Assembly: GCA_902604525.1 (NCBI GenBank) | Contig: CACKYY010000001.1 | Coordinates: 29,787 to 93,786 of the forward strand | Source of the DNA: an uncultured Pelagibacteraceae bacterium | GTDB lineage: Bacteria; Pseudomonadota; Alphaproteobacteria; Pelagibacterales; Pelagibacteraceae | Direction: 5' to 3' | DNA: 64,000 nucleotides | In this document: positions 42,622 to 52,447 of the stretch, piece by piece | Numbering within the stretch: position 1 is the first letter of the stretch | Layout: every line of letters starts with the position of its first letter | Notes under the pieces: generated by a model | What the model was told of the DNA's origin: nothing | What the model saw: only the letters and a program-made list of their open reading frames with translations | Database searches by the model: none | Made by a program: the position numbers and the translations under genes

Positions 42622-45600
42622 TTTAATTGTTTTTTAAGTTCTATATCTACTGCATCAATACGTTTTGTATTCTTTGCTAATGCTAAGTACATTGTCGGAG
42701 TTACATATAATGTGAAGAAAGTTGAAATAATCATACCTCCAAGAATAGTTCCTCCAACAGCTAATCTAGAGCCTTCTCCTGCACCTGGCCCAATATTTCC
42801 TATTACTAGCGGCAACATGGCAATCATAGTACTTAATGATGTCATAATAATTGGTCTTATTCTCATTTGACATGCTTTGAGTATTGCATCTTGTAGTTTA
42901 ACACCAGTTGTTCTTATCTGATTTGTATAGTCTACTATTAAAATACTATTCTTTGTTGAGATACCAATCAGTATTATTAATGCAATCTGAGAAAAAATAT
43001 TTATCGAGCTATTTAAAAATAAAATAAAGACCAATCCACCAAAAACTGCAAGAGGAACTGTTAAAATGATTATAAAAGGGTGCACAAAAGAATTAAATGT
43101 TGCCGCCATCACCAAATAAGCTGTAATCAATGCCAAAGCAAAGATTAAATAAATTTCATTAGTTGTTTCTTTTAATTCTTCAGATTTTCCTTTCCAAGTA
43201 ATCTGATTTTGAGGTGCAACTTTCATCATGACATTTTCCAAATAATTTATAGCTTCTGATAATGTATACTCCTCTGAAAGTGCTGCAGAAATTGTAACAG
43301 CTCTTTGACGATTATATCTGGGGAGTACTTCAGCTGTACCTTTTTCCTTGAATTCTACCAAACTTGCAACTGATACAAGTTTTCCAGTAGTCTCTGATCT
43401 GACAAAGATTTTTGACAAACCATCTTTATCACGTCTATCCGCAAGGTATTGTTGCAAAATAATTGGATATTCTCTTCCTTCCTTACTAAAAGTAGTAACT
43501 CTTTTGCCTCCATAAAGTGTTTCTAAAGTTCTTCCTATATTTTCTGTAGAAACTCCTAAATCGTTAGCTCTATTTTTGTTAGTTATTAATTTAACTTCAG
43601 GTTTATTTTTTGTGTAGTCACTTTCTATTCGAGACATATTTCTATTTTTTCTTAACTGACGTAAAACATTTTTCTGTATTTCTTCAAGCTCTTCATAGCT
43701 TTTTCCATAGATCACCATTTGAACTGGCTTGTTATAGCTCGAAACTCTGATTGCCTGAGGAGATATTGGGAAAGCAAAGGTTTCAGGAACAGAAACAACC
43801 TGTCCGATAGCTTCTCTCAATACAGTCTGACTACTCTTATCTCTATTTTTCCATTCATCTAATAGTGCAATAATTATAAATGTATTGTAAGTTGTTGCAG
43901 ACTTACCAAATCCTGGAACTCTCATAATAACTCTCTCATATGGACTATCTTTAGCTTGTAATAATTTAATTATTCTGTTCTCAATAATTTGAGCTTTTTC
44001 TTGAGTATACTCAAATGAGCTGCCTTCATCAGTAGATCCAATTATTAAATAAACACCCCTGTCCTCAGTTGGAATCAACTCTTTTTTAGAAAAATCAAAC
44101 AAAAATACTGAAGCTAAAATTATTAAAATTATAAATACAGATATAGTTTTCTGCCTATTTATCCAATATCTTAAAGTATTAAGATAAAAACCAGTAAAAG
44201 ATTTAAATCCATTGTTAAATTTTTTGACAAAAAAATTTATTTTTTCTTTTTTATTTAAAAATTTACTACCAAGCATTGGGGATAACGTTAAAGCAACAAA
44301 AGAAGAAACCACTATAGAGAAAGACAGTGCGATTGCAGTTTCTTTAAATAAAGTTCCAGAAATACCTTTTATGAAAATTAGAGGTAAAAAAACTGCAATT
44401 AAAATTAAAGTTGTTGCAATAATTGCAAAAGTAATTTGTTTCGATCCCTTATATGCAGCAACAAGAGGAGTTTCACCATTTTCAATTCTAGTATATATGG
44501 CATCAGTCATTATAACGGAATCATCTGTTATTATACCTATTGCCAAAATAAAACTTAATAATACAAAAATATTAATTGAAAGGTCAAATAAGTATAAACC
44601 TAAAAACGATCCTATTAAACTAACTGGTAATGCAATCGCTGGAACTATTACAGCTTTGAGGTTGCCAAGAAATAGATAGATAATTAAAACAACTAAAATA
44701 AATGCAATAATCAAACTCTTATAAACTTCTTCAATCGCTGCACCAACATATGTAGCTCTATTAAAAGCAACCTCCAATTTTAGTCCATCTGGCAAAGATT
44801 TATTTAGTTCATTTATTTTTGCTTTAATCTGATTTGAAAGTTCAACAGTAGAAGCGCCACTCTTAGCGTAAATTCCAATCCCTACAGTTTTTAAATTAAT
44901 TGCATTTTTTCTTTGAGCTTTAAATAAAGTTTTTTCAGATACAGGTCCTAATTCAACATTTGCTACGTCTGATAAAATAATAACTTTATCCTTATTTTTT
45001 TTTAATGGTAATTGTTTAATGCTCTCAATATTTGAATAAGATTTATCAATATTAAGAGTAAGATCTTTGTTGTTCGCTTCCAAGGTTCCTGCTGGAAGAT
45101 TAACATTCTCATTTCTAAATGCTCTTTCAACCTCTTGAATAGTAAGGTTATTTGCTGCTAATTTAATTGGATTTATCCAAACTCTAACACTTAATTCTCT
45201 TAATCCACCAACCCTTATTCTTCCAACGTTAGGCACACTCGAAAAAGCGTCAATTAGATATCTTTCTGCATAATCTCCAAGTTCTAAGTCACTCCAGCTT
45301 GGTGAGGATAGACCTACCCACATTGTCGTTGTAAATCCTGCTGCCTGTTTCAATATTTGAGGAGGACTGGACTCACTTGGTAGATTGTCGACTACTCTAG
45401 ATACTCTCTCTCGAATATCGTTTGCTGCATCATCTAAATCTATATCTGTATTAAATTGAATATTAATCCTACTTCTTCCGCTGAGAGAACTTGAATCTAT
45501 ATTTTTAATTCCTTCTGCTCCACCAATGACATCCTCAATTTTTTGAGTAATTTCTTCGTCTACAATTTCTGCTGAGGCAGATTTGTATTCTGTTTGCACC

Positions 45601-45740
45601 TGAACGACAGGTGGCTGTATACCATCCGGTAATTCTCTTACGGGCAATTCTGCAAAAACAAAAATACCAAAAATAATTAATATCAAAGACATTACCCAGG
45701 CGACCACAGGTCTTTTTATGCTAACTTCAGTAATATACAT
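42618..45740 (-). CDS. RND efflux transporter permease (AcrB/HAE-1 type)
   Basis: 1040 aa, IKRPV start; proton-relay residues GIITDDS, GISTKNSILIVD, RIRPIIMT. Confidence 0.93.
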   Translation of the reverse strand: MYITEVSIKRPVVAWVMSLILIIFGIFVFAELPVRELPDGIQPPVVQVQTEYKSASAEIVDEEITQKIEDVIGGAEGIKNIDSSSLSGRSRINIQFNTDIDLDDAANDIRERVSRVVDNLPSESSPPQILKQAAGFTTTMWVGLSSPSWSDLELGDYAERYLIDAFSSVPNVGRIRVGGLRELSVRVWINPIKLAANNLTIQEVERAFRNENVNLPAGTLEANNKDLTLNIDKSYSNIESIKQLPLKKNKDKVIILSDVANVELGPVSEKTLFKAQRKNAINLKTVGIGIYAKSGASTVELSNQIKAKINELNKSLPDGLKLEVAFNRATYVGAAIEEVYKSLIIAFILVVLIIYLFLGNLKAVIVPAIALPVSLIGSFLGLYLFDLSINIFVLLSFILAIGIITDDSVIMTDAIYTRIENGETPLVAAYKGSKQITFAIIATTLILIAVFLPLIFIKGISGTLFKETAIALSFSIVVSSFVALTLSPMLGSKFLNKKEKINFFVKKFNNGFKSFTGFYLNTLRYWINRQKTISVFIILIILASVFLFDFSKKELIPTEDRGVYLIIGSTDEGSSFEYTQEKAQIIENRIIKLLQAKDSPYERVIMRVPGFGKSATTYNTFIIIALLDEWKNRDKSSQTVLREAIGQVVSVPETFAFPISPQAIRVSSYNKPVQMVIYGKSYEELEEIQKNVLRQLRKNRNMSRIESDYTKNKPEVKLITNKNRANDLGVSTENIGRTLETLYGGKRVTTFSKEGREYPIILQQYLADRRDKDGLSKIFVRSETTGKLVSVASLVEFKEKGTAEVLPRYNRQRAVTISAALSEEYTLSEAINYLENVMMKVAPQNQITWKGKSEELKETTNEIYLIFALALITAYLVMAATFNSFVHPFIIILTVPLAVFGGLVFILFLNSSINIFSQIALIILIGISTKNSILIVDYTNQIRTTGVKLQDAILKACQMRIRPIIMTSLSTMIAMLPLVIGNIGPGAGEGSRLAVGGTILGGMIISTFFTLYVTPTMYLALAKNTKRIDAVDIELKKQLN

Positions 45741-46667
45741 TTAATTATTAGATTTATCTTTTTTTCCCCAACTAGAATTTCCTTGTTTCTTTTTAGAACC
45801 TTTTTCTATTGGTCTGATAGTTAAATTTGGTCTTACTTTTTTTGTACCTTCAGCAACAATTTTATCACCACTGTTAAGACCATTTAAAACTTCTACAAAG
45901 CCAATGTATCTATCACCAGTGGTAATTTTTGTTTTTAATACTTTATTTTGCTCGTCCACCCTATAAATAAAGACATTTTCACCTTCAACAACTGTACTTG
46001 TATCTGGAATACTTAAACTTTCTCTAACATCATATTTAATTGATATTTCTAAAAATGAGCCTGGAAGTATTTCTCCTGAAAGATTATCCATTTTAATTCT
46101 TGTAGCTAAAGATCTTGTCTCTTCGCTTATTCTGCTTGCAAATGAATCTACATTTCCTTTGTATATTTTGTCTTTGTATCCAGAAAATTTTATGTCTACA
46201 GGCAAACCAACTTTAATAAATGGTACAAATATTTCTGGTATATCTACATCACAATAAATTGAGCTATTATCTTCTAGATTTATAAGTATTGATGATTTTG
46301 AAACTTCTAAATCCTCTGAAAATTCTCTTTTCCCAATTACTCCATCAAATTGTGCTATAATTTTTCTATTTTTAAGATCAGCAATAACATCGCCTTTCTT
46401 GACTTTTTGATTATATTTGATCGGTTTAAGAATTTCATACTTTTCAACTTTAAATGATTGAGTCTGAACTGGAGCAGCTGTTCCATAAGTGCTTATAATA
46501 TTTTCGAATACTCTTTCTTTAGCCGCTGTAACAATTATTCCTGGTGGAGGCCTTTTACTAAATTTTTTTTTAAAATGATTTCCGATCATTGTTCTTCCAA
46601 CAATTACAGTTGTGATGATTAAAAAAAATATAATTATTATACTTGTTATTTTTGTTGAACTTTTCAT
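45741..46667 (-). CDS. RND periplasmic adaptor (MFP), apparently without the alpha-helical hairpin
   Basis: N-terminal TM anchor; VKKGDVIADL immediately followed by IIAQFDGVIG; ILPGSF; GLNSGDKIVAEG. Confidence 0.88.
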   Translation of the reverse strand: MKSSTKITSIIIIFFLIITTVIVGRTMIGNHFKKKFSKRPPPGIIVTAAKERVFENIISTYGTAAPVQTQSFKVEKYEILKPIKYNQKVKKGDVIADLKNRKIIAQFDGVIGKREFSEDLEVSKSSILINLEDNSSIYCDVDIPEIFVPFIKVGLPVDIKFSGYKDKIYKGNVDSFASRISEETRSLATRIKMDNLSGEILPGSFLEISIKYDVRESLSIPDTSTVVEGENVFIYRVDEQNKVLKTKITTGDRYIGFVEVLNGLNSGDKIVAEGTKKVRPNLTIRPIEKGSKKKQGNSSWGKKDKSNN

Positions 46668-46670
46668 AGC

Positions 46671-47483
46671 TTAGATTTTGCCATACTCTGCCCACGAACC
46701 ATCATATATGACAGGCAGATAATTAGCGTTTACCAAAGAATATGCAAGGGCTAAAACACAAGCAGTAACACCAGACCCACATGAAAAGACTGGTTTATCC
46801 ATTGGATTTCTAAATGTATTTTTAAACAAACTTTTTAATTCTTCTTCACTTTTAAATGAAAAATCTTTGTTTATAACTTTTACAAAAGGCAAACAAATAG
46901 AATTAGGAATAGATCCACTTCTAACATTTCTTCTTGGATCTGGCACTTTTCCCTCAAATCTCTCTTTACTTCTTGCATCAATAACAACGAAATCTTTTTC
47001 TGAAATATTTAAATCAATTTTATTTTTGTCTTTTACCAAAGAAATTAATTCTTTGCCTTCATAATTTGTTTTTGAAAATTTAACGACTTCATTGGATATC
47101 TTTTTATTTTCCTGTTTCCATTTTCTCAATCCACCATTGAGAACACTAACAAGCTTTGGATCATGTCCAAAATAAATAAAGTTATACCAACATCTACAAG
47201 AACTTATTACATCAGAGTTATCATAAATAATTATTTGATCATCTTTCGAAATTCCTAAGTTTGAAACTATTTTATTCCAATCGTCTAAGCTTGGAAGCAT
47301 GTGTGGAAGATCTGTATTATTTTTAGAATTTTTGTCTAAGTCAAAAAAAATTGCGTTTGGAATATGTTCATTATTGAATTCTTCCTCAGCATTTCTATTT
47401 TCCGCTGGCATATGCCAAGAACAATCAATAACTTTTACTTGGTTAATATTTTTTTCTAACCAATCTGTATCCACTAAAGACAT
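46671..47483 (-). CDS. sseA: 3-mercaptopyruvate sulfurtransferase / rhodanese
   Basis: Two rhodanese domains, HIPNAIFFD, DARSKERF, active loop CGSGVTA, YDGSWAEY. Confidence 0.9.
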   Translation of the reverse strand: MSLVDTDWLEKNINQVKVIDCSWHMPAENRNAEEEFNNEHIPNAIFFDLDKNSKNNTDLPHMLPSLDDWNKIVSNLGISKDDQIIIYDNSDVISSCRCWYNFIYFGHDPKLVSVLNGGLRKWKQENKKISNEVVKFSKTNYEGKELISLVKDKNKIDLNISEKDFVVIDARSKERFEGKVPDPRRNVRSGSIPNSICLPFVKVINKDFSFKSEEELKSLFKNTFRNPMDKPVFSCGSGVTACVLALAYSLVNANYLPVIYDGSWAEYGKI

Positions 47484-47484
47484 T

Positions 47485-47928
47485 CTATCTTTTTTCTAAA
47501 TACTTTTGGTGGTATTCTTCAGCTGTACAATAGTTTTTAACTTGTGATAATTGAGTTACAACTTTTCCAGATAGTCTTTCGTTTTCTTTATTTATAATAT
47601 TTTCTGCAGTTATTTTTTGGTCATCATTTAAATAAAAAATTTCACTTCTATATTGCGTTCCAAAATCTGGCCCTTGAGAATTAAGAGTTGTTGGGTCATG
47701 AATTTCAAAAAAAAATTCAAGGATTTTTTCATAAGATATTATTTTTGGATCGAAATCTAATTTAACCACCTCCGCATGATTTGTTGAACCAGTACACACT
47801 TCCTTGTAATTTGTTTCTGCATTATGACCACCACAATATCCAACTTCAGTTTTAATAACTCCATCAAGTTTACTGAACTTAATTTCTGGTCCCCAAAAAC
47901 ATCCTAATCCTAAAATTGCTATTTGCAT
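47485..47928 (-). CDS. msrA: Peptide methionine sulfoxide reductase A (short form)
   Basis: GCFWG, GYCGG, HAEVV, HDPT, QYRS, AEEYHQKY. Confidence 0.94.
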   Translation of the reverse strand: MQIAILGLGCFWGPEIKFSKLDGVIKTEVGYCGGHNAETNYKEVCTGSTNHAEVVKLDFDPKIISYEKILEFFFEIHDPTTLNSQGPDFGTQYRSEIFYLNDDQKITAENIINKENERLSGKVVTQLSQVKNYCTAEEYHQKYLEKR

Positions 47929-47962
47929 TGATAATTAATCCAATTGATTTAAAGTTAACCTC

Positions 47963-48844
47963 ATGTTGTCAAAAAATCAATTAGGCTTTTTTTACATGTT
48001 CATCTCTGTATGTGCCTTTTCACTAATGGATGTATTAGTAAAGTGGTCAGATTCATATCCTATTGGACAAGTTTTATTTTTCAGGGGTTTTTGTGGAATA
48101 ATTCCAATTTTGTTTCTTATTCCCAGAAATAGATTTTTAGATTTTTATAAAACAACAAGGCCTATCCTTCATTTTAAGAGATGTTTATCAGGCTTAATTG
48201 CTTTAGTTGCAATTTTTATTGCCTTAAGAAATTTACCACTAGCAACAGTAGTAAGCATTACATTTGCAGCACCAATATTTACAACAATTTTCTCAATATT
48301 TTTATTAAAAGAAAAAGTTGGTTTATATAGATGGTTAGCTGTCTTAGTAGGTTTTGTAGGAATAATTGTGATTACAGAGCCAGGCTTTAGTTCTTTAAAT
48401 TTCTACTACATATATCCAATAATTTTTTGTCTTGGCCTATCATATGTAGCTATAGCAATCAGAAAATTATCTACAACAGAGCCAGTATGGCTGATTAGTT
48501 TTTTCTTCTCTTTTTCAATAGCAATTTTGGGTCTTTTGTCTCTGTTTCAGGGTTGGGTTATGCCTAATTTTTTAGATTTATTTCTATTGTCTATGGTAGG
48601 AATTTTAGGTGGTCTTGCAAATTTATGGTTGTCTCAATCTTACAAATATTCTGAAGTAAGTTTAGTCACTCCTCTGAAATATTTGGCTTTGATATTCGCT
48701 ATAATATTTGGATATTTTATTTGGAGTGAAGTTCCAACATTAAAAACATTAATGGGATCTTTATTAGTAATATTATCTTCATTTATAATTTTTAGAAGAG
48801 AAATGACTTTAAAGAATCGACTGTCAGTTTCACGACATGAGTAA
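47963..48844 (+). CDS. DMT/EamA family transporter
   Basis: About 10 TM helices in two EamA repeats (FAAPIF, LKEKVG..RW, SLVTPLKY). Confidence 0.85.
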   Translation: MLSKNQLGFFYMFISVCAFSLMDVLVKWSDSYPIGQVLFFRGFCGIIPILFLIPRNRFLDFYKTTRPILHFKRCLSGLIALVAIFIALRNLPLATVVSITFAAPIFTTIFSIFLLKEKVGLYRWLAVLVGFVGIIVITEPGFSSLNFYYIYPIIFCLGLSYVAIAIRKLSTTEPVWLISFFFSFSIAILGLLSLFQGWVMPNFLDLFLLSMVGILGGLANLWLSQSYKYSEVSLVTPLKYLALIFAIIFGYFIWSEVPTLKTLMGSLLVILSSFIIFRREMTLKNRLSVSRHE

Positions 48845-49472
48845 TTCACCACGATACTGGAACACAGCAAAAAAATATTTATCCAGGAAAGATAAAACAA
48901 TGTTTGCTTTGATAAAAAAGTACAAGTCTCCTTCAGAAACGATCTTGACTTCCAGAAAAGATATCTTTTTCTCATTATGCAAAAGCATTATTGGCCAACA
49001 AATAAGTGTTGCTGCTGCTAATGCAGTTTTTTTAAAATTTAAAAAAAAATGCAAAAATAAAATTACAGCCAAGATAGTAAATAAGTTAACAACCTCCCAA
49101 CTTAAAAGCTGCGGTCTAAGTAGGCAGAAGGTTAAAGGTATCAAAAGTTTAGCTAAACAAGTACTTGATAAAACATTTAATCCAAAACTTATTTCTAAAA
49201 TGTCTGATGAGGAGGCTATAATTTATTTATCTGAATTGAGACAAATAGGAAGATGGTCTGCAGAAATGATCTTATTATTTACTTATAATCGACCTAATAT
49301 TTGGCCAATTCAAGATATTGGTTTATTAAGAGCGATTTCAAAAAATTATAACAAAAAATACTTGCCCCCAGAAAATTTTGTCAAATTATTGAATAGAAAA
49401 TTCTCACCTTATTGCTCAGTTGCAACTTGGTATTTATGGAGAAGTATAGATCCGGAGCCTATTCAATACTAA
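48837..49472 (+). CDS. alkA: DNA-3-methyladenine glycosylase II (HhH-GPD family)
   Basis: IIGQQISVAAA, GLSRQK, HhH LRQIGRWSAE, catalytic D in PIQDIG, YLWR. Confidence 0.87.
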   Translation: MSNSPRYWNTAKKYLSRKDKTMFALIKKYKSPSETILTSRKDIFFSLCKSIIGQQISVAAANAVFLKFKKKCKNKITAKIVNKLTTSQLKSCGLSRQKVKGIKSLAKQVLDKTFNPKLISKMSDEEAIIYLSELRQIGRWSAEMILLFTYNRPNIWPIQDIGLLRAISKNYNKKYLPPENFVKLLNRKFSPYCSVATWYLWRSIDPEPIQY

Positions 49473-49758
49473 ATCCTTCTACTATCTGCATATGTCTAGT
49501 GGTTGTATTTTTTGCAATATTCCAACCATCTAAATATTCTTTTGAATTATGACATTCAACAGCCTTTTCATAATTTGGAAATTCCCAGATAACGGTTCTA
49601 AAAAAATCATCCCCGTCATATGTTATGTGTTTTCCACCTCTTACTAAGGGAATTCCGCCAAAGCTTTTTATTATTGGAGTTACTACCTCAGCATATTTTT
49701 TTAAATTTTCTTGGTTTTCAACTTCTTTATAAACACTTATCCAGTAGGCTTTCATCAT
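49459..49758 (-). CDS. DUF1330 family protein
   Basis: KAYWI, FGGIPLVRGG, VIWEFP, C-terminal IVEG. Confidence 0.8.
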   Translation of the reverse strand: MMKAYWISVYKEVENQENLKKYAEVVTPIIKSFGGIPLVRGGKHITYDGDDFFRTVIWEFPNYEKAVECHNSKEYLDGWNIAKNTTTRHMQIVEGFSIE

Positions 49759-49797
49759 TTCTCCTTTTAAATAATTTTAGTTATGATAATAAATTTC

Positions 49798-50322
49798 ATG
49801 GCTGATAAATTAATTATTTCTTTTGAAGAGTATACAAGCACTGTTGAAAAATTAGCACTACAAATACATCAAAACTATACGCCATCTGTGCTTGTAGGTA
49901 TTATGAGGGGTGCTGCACCAATAATTGATATTTTATCTCGAATTTTGAAAGTTCCCACAGCGTATGTTGTAATACAAAGCTATTCTGGAGAAACCGTTGA
50001 AGATCAACAAGGAGAATTAATTTTTGCAAGAGACATGAGTGCAATTGCAAAAAATGAAGATTTCAAAAATATATTATTAGTTGATGATTTATCTGATACA
50101 GGCTTAACATTAAATAAAAGTATTGATTGGCTTAAACAATATGAGCCTATTAAAAGTCATATAGACGAAATTAGGACAGCATGTTTGTGGAAGAAAAAAT
50201 CATCAATTTTCAAACCAGATTATTGTCCAGTATTATTAGATGGTGATCCATGGATTGTTCAACCTTATGAGTATTATGATGAAGTTGATATTGATGGATT
50301 AAATAAAAAACATTTAAAATAA
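49798..50322 (+). CDS. Purine phosphoribosyltransferase (Gpt/XGPRT-like)
   Basis: GIMRG, PRPP-binding LLVDDLSDTGLTL, WIVQPYE. Confidence 0.8.
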   Translation: MADKLIISFEEYTSTVEKLALQIHQNYTPSVLVGIMRGAAPIIDILSRILKVPTAYVVIQSYSGETVEDQQGELIFARDMSAIAKNEDFKNILLVDDLSDTGLTLNKSIDWLKQYEPIKSHIDEIRTACLWKKKSSIFKPDYCPVLLDGDPWIVQPYEYYDEVDIDGLNKKHLK

Positions 50323-50351
50323 AAGGCCAGTTAGAACTGACCTTTTATTTT
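50316..50351. terminator. Bidirectional intrinsic terminator between the PRTase and BMP genes
   Basis: AAAATAAAAGGCCAGTTAGAACTGACCTTTTATTTT: inverted repeat with A and T tracts on both sides, between convergent genes. Confidence 0.8.
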
Positions 50352-50361
50352 TATAGAAGTA

Positions 50362-51426
50362 TTATTTTGGGATATCTCCTTCAACTCCTTTGACATATAC
50401 GCTCATGCCTGCCAACATTCCATCATCTGCAACTTTACCTTCTGCAACAAGTAAGTTGCCTTTTTGATCATATATTGGACCTGTAAATGAATGAGCTTTA
50501 CCGGAAGCTAGATCTTTTTGTAGTTTTTCCACTTCCTTAACTAACCCACTTCCCATTGCAGAATTATAAGGAGCCATTGCCACCATACCTTCTTTTAATC
50601 CATGCCAAGTATCTTGTTGTTTCCATGTACCATCTCTTGCTGCAATAGATCTTTCAACATAATATGGTGCCCAATCATCAATTATAGATGTTAAAATTGA
50701 TTTTGGTGCAAACCTTTGCATATCACTAGCTTGTCCAAAAGACCAAACACCAGCTTTTTCTGCTACTTGAACTGGTGCAGTACTGTCAGTGTGTTGCATT
50801 ATAATATCTGCTCCCTGATCTATTAAAGCTTGTGCTGCCTCAGATTCTTTTCCTGGATCATACCAAGTAAAAACCCAAACAATTTTTGTTTTAATGTTGG
50901 GATTAACTTTTTGAGCCGCTAAAGTCATTGCATTAATCCCTCTTATAACTTCAGGAATTGGGAAAGATGCAATATATCCAATGACGTTTGTTTTTGTCAT
51001 TTTTCCAGCCATATGTCCTAAAAGAGTTCTGCCTTCATAAAATCTCGCAGAATATGTGGAGACATTTGAGTGCTCTCTTTTATAACCTGTAGCGTGCTCA
51101 AATTTTACATTTGGAAAATCTTTAGCCACTTTGTTGGTCGGATCCATATATCCAAAACTTGTTGTGAAAATAAGATCATGACCAGATTTAGCTAATTGTC
51201 TAATCACTCTCTCAGCATCAGCACCCTCTGGAACACTTTCCACATAAGTAGTTTTTATTCCAGCAGCTTCAACTGCTTTTCTTCCCTCATCATGTTGGTA
51301 TGTCCAACCATGGTCTCCTGTTGGACCAACATAAACAAAACCAACTTTAAATTCAGCATTTGCGCTCATGCTAAATCCAAGTAAAAGTAATACTGATGCT
51401 AGTAATCTTAAAAAATATTTATACAT
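50362..51426 (-). CDS. BMP-family ABC substrate-binding protein (purine/nucleoside)
   Basis: Signal peptide; GFVYVGPTGDHGWT, FTTSFGY, IPEVIRGINA, TWYDP, QHTDS. Confidence 0.88.
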   Translation of the reverse strand: MYKYFLRLLASVLLLLGFSMSANAEFKVGFVYVGPTGDHGWTYQHDEGRKAVEAAGIKTTYVESVPEGADAERVIRQLAKSGHDLIFTTSFGYMDPTNKVAKDFPNVKFEHATGYKREHSNVSTYSARFYEGRTLLGHMAGKMTKTNVIGYIASFPIPEVIRGINAMTLAAQKVNPNIKTKIVWVFTWYDPGKESEAAQALIDQGADIIMQHTDSTAPVQVAEKAGVWSFGQASDMQRFAPKSILTSIIDDWAPYYVERSIAARDGTWKQQDTWHGLKEGMVAMAPYNSAMGSGLVKEVEKLQKDLASGKAHSFTGPIYDQKGNLLVAEGKVADDGMLAGMSVYVKGVEGDIPK

Positions 51427-51514
51427 TTTATTTCCCCTTTAAATTTTAAATTAATGATTCTTTAGCCTAAACAAATTTTTTTAAAAAAAAATATTTATTT
51501 TGGAATAGCTAACA

Positions 51515-52447
51515 TCACTTTTCCTTATAGAAGATTTGCCCCAACGAAGTAGGTGTATTAAGTTTTATTTTTCTACTATCACGAGAAATTATTACCAAAA
51601 CAACAATTGTCATTATATATGGTAATGCACTTAAAAATTGAACTGGAATTCTTATCCCTATAGCTTGCATATGTAGTTGAAGAATAGTTATACCTCCAAA
51701 TATTATTGCCCCAACTAAAACTTTAAGGGGGCTCCATGTTGCAAAAACTACCAATGCTAGTGCTATCCAGCCTCTACCAGCAGTCATGTTTTCAATCCAC
51801 TGAGGAGTGTAAATAAGTGATAAGTAAGCCCCTCCCAAGCCACACATTGCTCCTCCATAAAGAATACAACAATACCTTACTAGTAAGACGTTAATACCTT
51901 GATTAGCTGCAGATACAGGGGAATCCCCCACCGCTCTTACAATCAAGCCAATTTTAGTCTTCTTTAAAAAATAGTTAGTTCCAAATGGAAGTAAGAACGC
52001 AAAATAAAAAACGATTGAATGTCCAAAAAAAATAGGCCCAAACAAAGGGATTGCTTCTTTTAGATTTACAAACAACAAAGGAAATTCCTTTCCAGGTATT
52101 CCCACGAAATCTTTCCCAATCATTGCAGACAAACCAATACCAAAAATAGTAAGAGCAAGTCCTGTCGCTACATGATTTGTTAAAAGTGATTGAGTGAGAA
52201 ATCCAAATATAAAAGATAATAATAAACCAGAAAGCATAGATCCAATTATTGCTAAAAATAAATTGTCAGTAATTACCATTAATGCAAAACCTGAAATTGC
52301 ACCTATGATCATCATTCCTTCAACACCTAAATTTAATACACCAGATCTCTCGGTTATAAGCTCTCCTGAGGCTGCGAGTATCAGAGGAACAGAGGAAGCC
52401 ATAATAGCCCCAATTAGAATTCCAAGAAAATTAATATCAATATTCAT
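51515..52447 (-). CDS. Nucleoside/sugar ABC permease (NupC-like)
   Basis: ERSGVLNLGVEGMM, AGRGWIALALV, LPYIMT. Confidence 0.88.
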   Translation of the reverse strand: MNIDINFLGILIGAIMASSVPLILAASGELITERSGVLNLGVEGMMIIGAISGFALMVITDNLFLAIIGSMLSGLLLSFIFGFLTQSLLTNHVATGLALTIFGIGLSAMIGKDFVGIPGKEFPLLFVNLKEAIPLFGPIFFGHSIVFYFAFLLPFGTNYFLKKTKIGLIVRAVGDSPVSAANQGINVLLVRYCCILYGGAMCGLGGAYLSLIYTPQWIENMTAGRGWIALALVVFATWSPLKVLVGAIIFGGITILQLHMQAIGIRIPVQFLSALPYIMTIVVLVIISRDSRKIKLNTPTSLGQIFYKEK

